A program made the position numbers and the translations under genes. The notes below the pieces were generated by a model, which saw only the letters and a program-made list of their open reading frames with translations, was not told the DNA's origin and made no database searches. A stretch of DNA of 64,000 nt, taken from the IMG/VR virus record IMGVR_UViG_3300028914_000001, positions 349,489-413,488 of that record, one strand, 5' to 3'. This DNA comes from a virus. Taxonomy: Duplodnaviria > Heunggongvirae > Uroviricota > Caudoviricetes. Positions 36,012 to 45,146 of the stretch are shown here, piece after piece; position 1 is the first letter of the stretch, and every line of letters starts with the position of its first letter.

Positions 36012-37706
36012 TTATTCGAAATCGTCCGGGAAATCTTCAATTCCATTCAAGATGTCGTCCCTTCTTTCACGTTCCTCGTCGGTCAATACATGTCCGTCTG
36101 CCGTTCTTCCGTTCAGTGCGAGGTGGAGATTGTTGAACGCATTGCTCACATCTTCCTTTGTGTACACACTTCCCTTCATTTTCGGAGCAACCGTGCTTGC
36201 ACGGGCATTCAATTCGGCCATTCTGTTCTTGTAGTGCTCCGTGTTGTCGTTTGTTGGGTCATCTGGATTGGCAAGCAGATTGTATATTTTGTTACGTGAG
36301 TATTCGGCATCAAGGTCATCGAAGTTGCCTTCTCCCACCGTTCGACGAGCGTCTGCTAATGCGTTTGATTCAATCATGAATGCTGATGCCGAGTTCTGCC
36401 AATCGGATACCGCATTGTATGCGACTTGGGGAAGTTCCGAACCTTTCACTTCGGGTATAGTGTATTCACCGTAATCTCCTGGGTTTATCCCACGGCCATG
36501 CAGAAGATAGGTGTAATCTACAAGTGCTTCTATTTCAGAACGGTCATCATATAACGGGTTGTCTGATGAAATTGGCAATGGTGCAACATTGACATCACAA
36601 CGCAAACTGTCGAGAGGTCCCTCGATGCCATCGTAACCTATGCTTGGGGTGATGGTAAGAACTTCCTTCATGGATGCGGTGTGTATGCACGAAACCTTCT
36701 CTTCCTTTTCGTTATAGGTTACAGAAAAGACTGCGTCTGTTTTCTTGCTTTTGAACTTTTCTTTGAGTTTTGTCCTAAGGAATACAGTCAATGCCTTGAA
36801 CAAGTCATTATAGGTATGGTTATTAAGTGCATTGCGTACGGCATTATTATCGTTCATGTCATCTTTAATAGTATTGTCGGTTTTTTCAGATGCTTGACCG
36901 AGAATATTGCTGATATCGTCGATAGATACATCCCGTATCTCATCTTCGGTAAATATTGGTTGCTCATCGCCGTTCTTGTCTTTATACTTTGTGTTGCAAA
37001 TCTTTAATTTTAGTTTCTCTTTTAGAATATTTGTTGCGTCGGTTTGGTTCGTCGGAAGGTTGCAAATGTTTGATATGATGGTCTTCTCTAGAGAAGTGTT
37101 TCCCGTAAGTCTTGATTCAAGAGTGCTGCAAAGAGTTTCGATGCTATCGTTGTCAGCTTGTGCCTTTGGGAAAAGCTTGTACACCTTACCGCCAAGCTTA
37201 TATCTTGTTTTGCAAATTTCATCCCTGAGCATGTCGGCCAGTGTTGCGGCGTCCTCATTGCACATATCTAATACTTCAGTACGCATTTCGTCTTCGGTAT
37301 CGCACATTGCCAGGTCATCACTGAACACCCGTATTGCTATATCAACTAGCGGGTCTATAGATTCCCATCCGCCTGTCGGTTCGATTAGCTTGCTGAGGTC
37401 GGACAGTGCCTGTTGCCATATTCTCTTTGTATTCGAGCGTTCATCTTTTGTAAAGTCGAAATATGGCCTGTAATACTTGTAAGCAATGGTCCAAAGGCTG
37501 TTCGGCATTGGGTCTTTGAGCTGTTTAAGTTCGGAAAGTGCCTGTTGCCATACTCGGAAAAGACCGTAATCGACATCCGGGGTAGAAATATGTTTTGCAC
37601 CCAGTTGGTCGAGCGGGATGCTACGCTTACGTGAAATGTCATTAAGACTGTCTTTTGTAGTCTTGATGAACGATGCAAACTGTTCATTGAGGTCTTGATT
37701 TTCCAT
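36012..37706 (-). CDS. Large acidic hypothetical protein, probable late/virion protein
   Basis: TATAAACT 28 nt upstream; internal WQQALS repeat. Confidence 0.7.
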   Translation of the reverse strand: MENQDLNEQFASFIKTTKDSLNDISRKRSIPLDQLGAKHISTPDVDYGLFRVWQQALSELKQLKDPMPNSLWTIAYKYYRPYFDFTKDERSNTKRIWQQALSDLSKLIEPTGGWESIDPLVDIAIRVFSDDLAMCDTEDEMRTEVLDMCNEDAATLADMLRDEICKTRYKLGGKVYKLFPKAQADNDSIETLCSTLESRLTGNTSLEKTIISNICNLPTNQTDATNILKEKLKLKICNTKYKDKNGDEQPIFTEDEIRDVSIDDISNILGQASEKTDNTIKDDMNDNNAVRNALNNHTYNDLFKALTVFLRTKLKEKFKSKKTDAVFSVTYNEKEEKVSCIHTASMKEVLTITPSIGYDGIEGPLDSLRCDVNVAPLPISSDNPLYDDRSEIEALVDYTYLLHGRGINPGDYGEYTIPEVKGSELPQVAYNAVSDWQNSASAFMIESNALADARRTVGEGNFDDLDAEYSRNKIYNLLANPDDPTNDNTEHYKNRMAELNARASTVAPKMKGSVYTKEDVSNAFNNLHLALNGRTADGHVLTDEERERRDDILNGIEDFPDDFE

Positions 37707-37733
37707 GATTAAACCTGTCCTTCTTTCTAGTAT

Positions 37734-37741
37734 AGTTTATA
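37734..37741 (-). promoter_or_regulatory. Putative late promoter TATAAACT
   Basis: 28 nt upstream of ATG 37706. Confidence 0.65.
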
Positions 37742-38576
37742 ATTGCTCCTGGGGTTCGTCCGTTGGCTTGGCGTCCAGATTGTTAAACACGTCATCCTTG
37801 GGAGGCTTTAGGCGTGTTGGGTCCAACTCATTGATGTCATACATGTTGGCCCAGAGATTGTCATCATCCATATGTTCACGCAGCACATCCGCCTGATGCT
37901 CGTTTCCGAGGTATTCATAATGGGCTGCGACTAAGTTCTTGTTGTTTTCTGCCTTTATTGCCCTTACGGCTGCGGCATCCATATTGTACTTAACCGCATC
38001 GCAACAGCTGAGCCAGTAAGTTTCCATCTCATTCGCCTTCTTTTCAACCATACCTTTACCGTAGTTGAAATTGGTCTGCAAATTGCGGCTCATGATTCCC
38101 TTTCGTACATCCTGGCTGACCGCACCTACAAGTTCGCTGGATTTAGGGTGCAAATACTTACCATTGTTTACGAACCTGTGAATTGCGTGATTGACTTCAT
38201 GAAGGAATGTGGCTGCTTCGTTCAACCCCATGGTAATCTTGATGACACTCATATCACTTTTATATGAAATTTTTCCTGACCTTGATGGTGGAATCTGGAT
38301 ATGTGGTTTTCCTTGGTCAAAGTCACCTGTGCCGATGCCGAGCATTCCTCCGGCATCATCTGGAACGGTCGGGTCGTTCAACGTAAGCTTAGGTTTACCG
38401 AATATGCTTTTTATATTAGTAGCCAAACGCACGAGGTTGTCTGCGATGGCTTTACCTAGCCTTCCTTCGGTATCAGGGGTTGCTACAATAATTTTACCCA
38501 TGCTCTCGCCATTGACGACAATCTTAGGGAATTTACCCGTTTTTGCACTTTTTACAACATTTACCCATTCTGCCAT
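37737..38576 (-). CDS. Putative zincin metallopeptidase (HEXXH)
   Basis: ATFLHEVNHAIH with distal NEMETY. Confidence 0.55.
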   Translation of the reverse strand: MAEWVNVVKSAKTGKFPKIVVNGESMGKIIVATPDTEGRLGKAIADNLVRLATNIKSIFGKPKLTLNDPTVPDDAGGMLGIGTGDFDQGKPHIQIPPSRSGKISYKSDMSVIKITMGLNEAATFLHEVNHAIHRFVNNGKYLHPKSSELVGAVSQDVRKGIMSRNLQTNFNYGKGMVEKKANEMETYWLSCCDAVKYNMDAAAVRAIKAENNKNLVAAHYEYLGNEHQADVLREHMDDDNLWANMYDINELDPTRLKPPKDDVFNNLDAKPTDEPQEQL

Positions 38577-38603
38577 ATTAAACTCATTGGTTTATTCAAA
38601 TCT

Positions 38604-38611
38604 AGTTTATA
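38604..38611 (-). promoter_or_regulatory. Putative late promoter TATAAACT
   Basis: 28 nt upstream of ATG 38576. Confidence 0.65.
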
Positions 38612-39305
38612 ACCTTAGTCCCGGTATTTCTATCACGGAGTCGATGTCCCGTTCAAAAATATACGACATTATTCCGTTTATTATAGAGTACCTGCCTACT
38701 GCAAGGTTCATGTAGGTTTCCTTTTGCAGGAGTAGGTTTACTGGAACCTCGTGCAGGAAACGGCTGATTGAGAACTTGAGACCATGTTGTTCAAAGTTAC
38801 CCAGTTCCGTCTTTCCCGTACCAGTCCGTATGCACCTTTCCTTTGTCGCCAGCTTCTGTGGTGTCCACCCCAACGATGCGAGATAGTTCATGATGTCCAG
38901 TTTACGAACGATAGCTATGTCGCACTGGATGATGTCATAGGGGGACTGGATGTCTGGACGGGTGGCCTGCGGTATCCACACGAACGAGAAAAGGTCGTTA
39001 GTGTGCTTCGGGTCGATAAGCCATCCCAGGTGGTGCTGCTGGTTAATATGGTTGTCCATGAAGCCGATTTCCAGCGCAAATGTCGATAGCGGCTTGCCTA
39101 TGTACTTGACTGCGGCCTTTTCGTCGCAAGTCAGGTTCATGCCGTCGATATGGACTATTATGTCGCTACCCGCCTGTTGCTGGTCGGCGTCCACCACACG
39201 GCTTATATCCTTCATGTGGGTTGTCTGCGGGTAAGCGATGTGGTCGAGATACTTGTTTACCACTTCTACTAATCTGTTGTCTTCCTTCCTTGTGCTAGCT
39301 GGCAT
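38607..39305 (-). CDS. Putative PD-(D/E)XK nuclease
   Basis: QQAGSDIIV...CDEKAA...TFALEI. Confidence 0.55.
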   Translation of the reverse strand: MPASTRKEDNRLVEVVNKYLDHIAYPQTTHMKDISRVVDADQQQAGSDIIVHIDGMNLTCDEKAAVKYIGKPLSTFALEIGFMDNHINQQHHLGWLIDPKHTNDLFSFVWIPQATRPDIQSPYDIIQCDIAIVRKLDIMNYLASLGWTPQKLATKERCIRTGTGKTELGNFEQHGLKFSISRFLHEVPVNLLLQKETYMNLAVGRYSIINGIMSYIFERDIDSVIEIPGLRL

Positions 39306-39320
39306 GTATGTCTCACCTCA

Positions 39321-39614
39321 TTATTCATGGTAACGAGTCCAGTCGGAAACGGTAATGACATAGGAGCCGTGCGGGTAGTCCCCGGCGCTTTCCCTCGACG
39401 TTACGCACTCGGACGGGAAATGCGACTTCACTACTTGGAGTACGGCCTCTATCACGGTGTCCCTCGGAGCAGTGCGGCGTCCAGGTGCAGGGTTGATGAC
39501 AAGCTTGAACGAGTTCCCGCTTTCGGGAAAGTCGATGAAACCCTCGTATTCGTAGTGGCCTGTCTTGTCGTTAAGGTCGTCAATAAACTTGGAAATGATT
39601 TCGTCACGCTTCAT
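39321..39614 (-). CDS. Hypothetical protein
   Basis: GAGG RBS, downstream of promoter. Confidence 0.6.
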   Translation of the reverse strand: MKRDEIISKFIDDLNDKTGHYEYEGFIDFPESGNSFKLVINPAPGRRTAPRDTVIEAVLQVVKSHFPSECVTSRESAGDYPHGSYVITVSDWTRYHE

Positions 39615-39642
39615 TGTGATACCTCTCGGGTTGTTTTACTGA

Positions 39643-39719
39643 AAAATAAATAACTAACGGGCCGCTGGCAAGAGTTTTTCTTAAATACTCTTGCCAAATC
39701 CCATATATTGTTTTATATT
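39643..39719. promoter_or_regulatory. Back-to-back divergent promoters: TTGCCA-N17-TATTTT (-, 39643-39671) and TTGCCA-N17-TATATT (+, 39691-39719)
   Basis: Motifs and spacing. Confidence 0.7.
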
Positions 39720-39759
39720 TGTCTATGTCTACCACGAGAAATTAAAACCGAGGTTCAAA

Positions 39760-40050
39760 ATGCAATATGAAGACCTGATGAAACTGGGGAAAACAGAAGT
39801 AGAGCGCCTTAGCAAGCTCTACGACGAACAAGTAATTTCGGTCGGTTGCACCCGAAACTACCAGACAGGCGAGGTTCACTATACCGAACCTGTGCCAGAC
39901 GGCGCAGTCCCTGTTAACAGTTTTTCAAACGCCGTGCATTTTCTCCGCATGACGCCGGAGTTTGAAAAGTTGACTGAAAAACAGTTGGAACAACTGGGTT
40001 CATACACCAACGACAAGTATCGCCCGTCGTTCTTGGCATACCGTGATTAG
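39760..40050 (+). CDS. Hypothetical protein
   Basis: GAGG RBS before MQYEDL. Confidence 0.65.
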   Translation: MQYEDLMKLGKTEVERLSKLYDEQVISVGCTRNYQTGEVHYTEPVPDGAVPVNSFSNAVHFLRMTPEFEKLTEKQLEQLGSYTNDKYRPSFLAYRD

Positions 40051-40506
40051 ATGGGTAACGAGGATTCCATGAACAACAAGATAACTACATTCGAACAGCT
40101 TGACAAGGCCCTTTCCGATAACGGCATAGTCGCTATCAAGAAGGGTCAATTCGACGATGAAGACCGTTGCTGCACTAAGGTATCGTACGAATACCATTTG
40201 GCAGCGGACGGCAGGCAGGAAGTTCCCTTAATCACGGTGGAATACTGTGTTTCTGGAAAAGGGGATATCTTCATGGTGTTGAGCGCCGAGATGTTCGACG
40301 TAACGCTTGACGAAGATGGTTCCATTATTGGCAGGGCCGATGAGGGCGTGTCCTTATTGGATGCCATCAACAAGGAATGCAATCTTCCCCGTTGCATGTC
40401 GAAGACTTTTAACGCCGCCTACCAGAATGACGAGGTAGAGGCTAAACTTGCAGAAATTATAGAAACAAACCTTGTCACTAAGCTTTTCGATAACATCATC
40501 GAGTAA
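40051..40506 (+). CDS. Hypothetical protein
   Basis: Operon; may start at MNNKI. Confidence 0.65.
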   Translation: MGNEDSMNNKITTFEQLDKALSDNGIVAIKKGQFDDEDRCCTKVSYEYHLAADGRQEVPLITVEYCVSGKGDIFMVLSAEMFDVTLDEDGSIIGRADEGVSLLDAINKECNLPRCMSKTFNAAYQNDEVEAKLAEIIETNLVTKLFDNIIE

Positions 40507-40534
40507 CTATCGAAAAAACACTAAAGAGGAAAAA

Positions 40535-41578
40535 ATGTCATATTCTAACCTTGATATCTTCATGAAAGAATACGAGTCCATCGAGGCGAAGAGAACTCTC
40601 TTGCCGGGACTTCCAGTGTGCATCCGTCTTGACGGGCGTGCTTTCCACAATGTTACCAAGAACTGCTTGCGTCCGTTCGATGCAGACCTTCGTGAGGTCA
40701 TGTGCCGTGTAACGACAGCGCTCATTGAGGAATGCAATGCAGTAATCGGATATACACAGTCCGATGAAATCACCCTTGTGTTGAAACCGATGGCGCATAT
40801 CGGCGATTACTACTTCGGTGGCCGTGTCCAGAAGATTTGCAGCATGCTCTCCGCTGTTGCAAGCGTAGAGTTCAACACCCTTGTACACAGCGGTGACTTC
40901 AAGGAACTCGAAAAGAGAATCAACCGCAAGGCTTACTTCGATTGCCGTGCATGGAATGTTCCGCACATGGAATTTGCCGCCCTCGTTCTCAGTTGGCGAC
41001 AGGCTGATTCCATCAAGAACGCCATCAGCATGATTGCACAGACCCTTTATCCGCACAAGGAACTTCTCAACAAGAACAGCGATGTCAAGCTTGAAATGAT
41101 TAAGAAGGCTGGCTACAAGATGAACTGGAGCCCGACTGAATGGAATGGCGACCTGTTCTTCGACAAGGAAGCGATGAACATGCAGGGAACCTTCATCGTC
41201 CGCAAGACTATTCTCCGCACGCTCACTAAGGAAGAACTGGAAAATCTTCCCCCGAAGCACACGGCAAGGCAGAATCCTGACATGACGTTCCTCCGTCACG
41301 CATATATCCGTTTCGCTGGTGTCATCCTTAGAAACATCACGAACCAGGCTGGATATCTGTTCAACGGCGAAATCCCCAAGTACCGCACTGGTGCTCTTCC
41401 TGTAGAATGCGAAGAAGCAAATACGATGAGCAAGGTGATTGAGTTCTTCAAGACGGCATCCCCAGAGAAACGCAAGGAAGCAGAAAAAAGAATGAAGGAA
41501 TCCGAAATCTGGGACAGGCTCCATTTGGATGATTTCACCGCTCTTTTCGCACCCAATGACACCAAGGAGAAGAAGTAA
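40535..41578 (+). CDS. thg1: Thg1-like tRNA(His) guanylyltransferase / 3'-5' polymerase
   Basis: IRLDGRAFH, YTQSDEITL, FGGRVQKICS, FDCR, WRQAD...KNAI. Confidence 0.9.
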   Translation: MSYSNLDIFMKEYESIEAKRTLLPGLPVCIRLDGRAFHNVTKNCLRPFDADLREVMCRVTTALIEECNAVIGYTQSDEITLVLKPMAHIGDYYFGGRVQKICSMLSAVASVEFNTLVHSGDFKELEKRINRKAYFDCRAWNVPHMEFAALVLSWRQADSIKNAISMIAQTLYPHKELLNKNSDVKLEMIKKAGYKMNWSPTEWNGDLFFDKEAMNMQGTFIVRKTILRTLTKEELENLPPKHTARQNPDMTFLRHAYIRFAGVILRNITNQAGYLFNGEIPKYRTGALPVECEEANTMSKVIEFFKTASPEKRKEAEKRMKESEIWDRLHLDDFTALFAPNDTKEKK

Positions 41579-42111
41579 TGCCAGAACAATACGATTCTAC
41601 CGCCGATACCAACAAGCATCGTGACTTCGTTCGCAATCTCATGTACCTTGTCGCAAAGGACATCATGAACCATGCGGATGACCTTCGCATTCAGATGTAC
41701 ACTATGGCAAAGGACATCATGAACAGGGCTGACCATCATGATGACTCCAAGTTGCTTCCTCCCGAGAAGGAACTGTTTGACGAGTACACGCCGAAGCTCA
41801 AAGGATGCACCTACGGTTCTCCTGAATATCACGAGTTCCTGTCAGGTCTGAGAAAGGCTCTTGAACATCACTATGCAGAAAACAGGCATCACCCCGAGCA
41901 TTTCGCCAACGGAGTTAACGGGATGAACCTTGTCGATATGATTGAGTTGATTTGCGACTGGTTCGCAGCGACGATGAGACACGACGATGGAAACATTGAC
42001 AAGTCTCTTGACATCAACAAGGGTCGTTTCCACATGGATGAACAGACGGTTGCACTCCTCAAAAATACTGTCGATACGTATTTCCGCCAGTTCAAACACG
42101 AGGACTATTAG
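41578..42111 (+). CDS. HD-like phosphohydrolase (DUF5662-like)
   Basis: HDDSKL, HHYAENRHHPEHF, ELICDW. Confidence 0.7.
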   Translation: MPEQYDSTADTNKHRDFVRNLMYLVAKDIMNHADDLRIQMYTMAKDIMNRADHHDDSKLLPPEKELFDEYTPKLKGCTYGSPEYHEFLSGLRKALEHHYAENRHHPEHFANGVNGMNLVDMIELICDWFAATMRHDDGNIDKSLDINKGRFHMDEQTVALLKNTVDTYFRQFKHEDY

Positions 42112-42519
42112 GTGTTCACGTCGTACTTTGCACAGGTGCCTAATATAGAGTACCCCGTGTCTATCGCCAGGATTAACCCCGAGTGGTACGACCGGGCGTG
42201 TTACCCTAAGCTGGCGCCTTCAAAGGGACTACTTTACGATTTCAAATACGGACAGCACAAGGGTGACACCGAGTTCTACACATCCGTGTTTGAAACCTAC
42301 CTCGAAAGCCTAGATTTCAACCAGGTGATGCGTGAACTTTCTGAGATATACGGCCCGGATGTTCTCGACCGTCTCACGCTCGTTTGCTACGAGAAGCCAT
42401 CGGATTTTTGCCATAGGCATCTGGTCGCAAACTGGCTGAGGAAGCATGGGGCCGAAATTTCCGAACGGAAGTTTAACGAACGTCCGAGCCTGATTGACAG
42501 CGTTCTTGACTTCATGTAG
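42112..42519 (+). CDS. DUF488-family protein
   Basis: TSYF, SIAR, LAPS, LVCYEKPSDFCHRHLVANWL. Confidence 0.7.
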   Translation: MFTSYFAQVPNIEYPVSIARINPEWYDRACYPKLAPSKGLLYDFKYGQHKGDTEFYTSVFETYLESLDFNQVMRELSEIYGPDVLDRLTLVCYEKPSDFCHRHLVANWLRKHGAEISERKFNERPSLIDSVLDFM

Positions 42520-42531
42520 AGGATAACTTGT

Positions 42532-42570
42532 AAAAAGAAACCCACGGTTAAATCCGTGGGCTTTTTATTT
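42532..42570. terminator. Bidirectional intrinsic terminator
   Basis: CCCACGG-TTAAAT-CCGTGGG with A/T tails. Confidence 0.8.
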
Positions 42571-42574
42571 AGTT

Positions 42575-43354
42575 CTATAATATGCATCGATTAATTCTAT
42601 CATTCTCAGCTAACACCTGGGCAACCGCACAATGTTTTAGTGCCCACTCCCTTTCCTTCTTGGTCATCCTTTCTTTAGGACGGTAGCACATTGTCGTTTC
42701 GTTTAAACCTAATGCTTTCGCCGCATCGCTATATAGGTGCTTGTAGGCATAGCGTGAGATGTATATGCGCCAGTTCGTCGTGACAGGCAGTTCGGTCATA
42801 TTTGTGACATGCTTGTTAATCTTGACTACTGTACTGGCTACATCATTATCTTTTTTCCCGTCGATGTAAGTTTTGACTCTTTTCTGGGATACAGTGTATT
42901 CATAATGCCCGCTCATGTTGCCGCCTTGGCCCCAGTAGTCGATTGCCTTCAAGTCACCGTTTGGGTGGTAAGTGAACCCGAAAAACTCGTACCAGTCGCC
43001 ATCATAGGCTTCACCAAGACGGTTCCATACGTACTTAGGACGGTTGCTATTACCATCATACTCTATGATGAACAGCCTATTTCCGTTTATTCCTTTCTTG
43101 ACTCGGCATCCTCCATGTAAATCATACAGGTATGTGTCGGAATAACGGTCTGGTTTAATCTTATCATGCCATTGCCACTCGTTGACTTTCCTGTGGTAAG
43201 CGCTTGTACAGCGTCCAAGTGAATCCTTTTCGATGAACAGGTCGCTATATACCGCTCCTAGAATGCCACGCATACCATCACCGTAGTATTCCCCGTGATG
43301 GTTATGCGAGAAATCAGGCGGATTTAGTTCAGGACAGCGGATTTCTTTGCTCAT
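42575..43354 (-). CDS. Hypothetical protein with YD/MORN-like beta repeats
   Basis: DSLGR, YDLHG, YDGNSN, YHPNG spaced motifs. Confidence 0.5.
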   Translation of the reverse strand: MSKEIRCPELNPPDFSHNHHGEYYGDGMRGILGAVYSDLFIEKDSLGRCTSAYHRKVNEWQWHDKIKPDRYSDTYLYDLHGGCRVKKGINGNRLFIIEYDGNSNRPKYVWNRLGEAYDGDWYEFFGFTYHPNGDLKAIDYWGQGGNMSGHYEYTVSQKRVKTYIDGKKDNDVASTVVKINKHVTNMTELPVTTNWRIYISRYAYKHLYSDAAKALGLNETTMCYRPKERMTKKEREWALKHCAVAQVLAENDRINRCIL

Positions 43355-43363
43355 GGTAGGTCC

Positions 43364-43729
43364 TCACCGCTTTGCTTGTTTTACACGATTCAAAAGGCCG
43401 GAAAGACCGCCAGAAACAGGGATTCCCGTCTCGCCCTGGCCGATGTAGACATAGTTCATTCTGCCACTGAAATCCTTGCGAATCAATGCGATGGCATGGA
43501 GTCCCTGCGGGTTGCAATAGAACACTCTTGCATACTGGACGGAACCGTTCATTACCATCGTGTTCGCAAACTTGATTGCGTCGCATGCACTGTGGAATAA
43601 CAGTGCCTTGTATCCTTCCATTACATACTGCGTTTTTCCTTCTGCCGTGTCCTTCCCGACAAATCCATTCTTCGTGTTGATGTAGTAGCTACGCAGCTTG
43701 TCCAAATCTGTCTTGTTGCCCTGGTTCAT
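43364..43729 (-). CDS. Hypothetical protein
   Basis: Operon. Confidence 0.6.
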   Translation of the reverse strand: MNQGNKTDLDKLRSYYINTKNGFVGKDTAEGKTQYVMEGYKALLFHSACDAIKFANTMVMNGSVQYARVFYCNPQGLHAIALIRKDFSGRMNYVYIGQGETGIPVSGGLSGLLNRVKQAKR

Positions 43730-43731
43730 AC

Positions 43732-43992
43732 TTAGCCCTCGTAATTCATACAGAGATATTCTTGCAGGTCCTTGAATGACCAGTATAACACGGTTTCCTT
43801 TTCCTTGGCGTTATTGTCGTGCTTCACTACCTGGTAGCTATCATTGCTGTACGGGAATACGTCAATCCACAAATCATTGTATAGGATTACCTTAATGAAA
43901 GCGCCGTCCTTCGAATTAGAGTGGTATTCGAAGGTCATATCGGTAGGGTAAAGGTAATCGAATAACTTTTTAAGTGTGCATTCATCTTTCAT
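43732..43992 (-). CDS. Hypothetical protein
   Basis: GAGG RBS. Confidence 0.6.
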   Translation of the reverse strand: MKDECTLKKLFDYLYPTDMTFEYHSNSKDGAFIKVILYNDLWIDVFPYSNDSYQVVKHDNNAKEKETVLYWSFKDLQEYLCMNYEG

Positions 43993-44008
43993 GGGTTACC
44001 TCTTTATG

Positions 44009-44359
44009 TTAAGAATTCATTTCTTCGACAAACTTGTCAAAATGCGATTTATCGTTGATATGGTAGTCGAAACTGCTTAGCCCGCCATTTCCGTTGACAA
44101 TGGTGATAGGGACGGTGCTTTTCTTAATGTGAACAGAATTTATCGTAGTGTCGATTAAACGGAAAATGACGACAGATGACTTCCGCACGAATATGGGACC
44201 GTCGGCGGTTTGAAGACATGCGAATGCCGGGGATGGCTTAGGCGGCTGAGGTTCCTGTTCCTGTTTCTGTTCTTCGGGAGCAGCCTTTTCTGGCGTTTCC
44301 TGTGCATTGTTGTCGATGGCTTCACTATCTGGAGGGCACCACTTTACTGTTTTCTCCAT
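44009..44359 (-). CDS. Hypothetical protein
   Basis: AGGAGG RBS before MEKTVKW. Confidence 0.6.
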   Translation of the reverse strand: MEKTVKWCPPDSEAIDNNAQETPEKAAPEEQKQEQEPQPPKPSPAFACLQTADGPIFVRKSSVVIFRLIDTTINSVHIKKSTVPITIVNGNGGLSSFDYHINDKSHFDKFVEEMNS

Positions 44360-44369
44360 GTTAATCCTC

Positions 44370-44660
44370 CTACTTTTCGCAACGGACTGGCTGTCCTTTT
44401 TCGTCAAGATAGACGCTCATCCCGCTCGTATGGTATTGATGGTATCGGAAATATACAATGCCCGTTGAGTGGTCGCATATCAATTCACCATCGGTAAAAT
44501 TCCTTATTTCCTCGAATGGCCAGTGCATTGCTTTATTCATGGCCTTGCGCTTTTCGATTATCCTTCGTTCCTCTTCCGAGTCGTGGCATGCTGTCATGAT
44601 GCTTACGACGAAGAGCATGGATAAAAACAATATCTTTTTCATTTTTTCGAAACCCATCAT
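44370..44660 (-). CDS. Putative lipoprotein, DUF6440-like
   Basis: Signal KKILFLSMLFVVSIMTAC; DHSTGIVY...GMSVYLDEKGQP. Confidence 0.6.
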   Translation of the reverse strand: MMGFEKMKKILFLSMLFVVSIMTACHDSEEERRIIEKRKAMNKAMHWPFEEIRNFTDGELICDHSTGIVYFRYHQYHTSGMSVYLDEKGQPVRCEK

Positions 44661-44684
44661 TGCATAATGCTCCTTTCAAAGGGG

Positions 44685-44773
44685 AATATAGTAAATTCAT
44701 GGCCTGCTGTCAAGTCGATTCCAATAAAACCCTGAATAAATCCCTTGACAGGTCGGGTAATATTAGTTATATT
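44685..44773. promoter_or_regulatory. Divergent promoter pair TTGACA-N17-TATATT (-, 44685-44713; +, 44745-44773)
   Basis: Two exact motifs back-to-back. Confidence 0.8.
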
Positions 44774-44906
44774 GTTGATACAAACCATTATAGGAAAATC
44801 CCATGAAGAAGAAAATCATCCACGGTCTCATCTACATTCTTGTAGTAATCGCAGTCGGCATCTTCGAACGCAAGTGCAAGGAACGCTCAAAGGCAGAGAA
44901 GTAACG

Positions 44907-45137
44907 ATGTCCAACAAGAACAAAATCACGTTCCATACCGAGAAGGCGCCGCACGAGAAGCTGACAACCCTTGACCTCTTCGTTTCCGCCATGGCTATCG
45001 TCGTCACGTTCGTGTTTCTTACCGCAGCGCTTGGCACCATTGTCCAACCGTTGTGCGTTATACTCGGCTTCGAATATAGTTGGATTATACCAGCAATCAT
45101 CGCAGTCGTAATCATCATAGTGTTGTGTACCCGATAG
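44907..45137 (+). CDS. Small two-TM membrane protein
   Basis: MSNKNK start, two hydrophobic segments. Confidence 0.55.
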   Translation: MSNKNKITFHTEKAPHEKLTTLDLFVSAMAIVVTFVFLTAALGTIVQPLCVILGFEYSWIIPAIIAVVIIIVLCTR

Positions 45138-45146
45138 GAGGATACC

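Noticed and set aside
37737-38576. HEXXH protein as a Lit homologue pairing with the Gol-like peptide
   Set aside because: Only the generic motif is shared; no other similarity is visible and the genes are 25 kb apart
40538-41524. 328-aa antisense ORF opposite thg1, and similar antisense ORFs opposite polB and cca
   Set aside because: Explained by biased codon usage on the sense strand; no motifs or RBS
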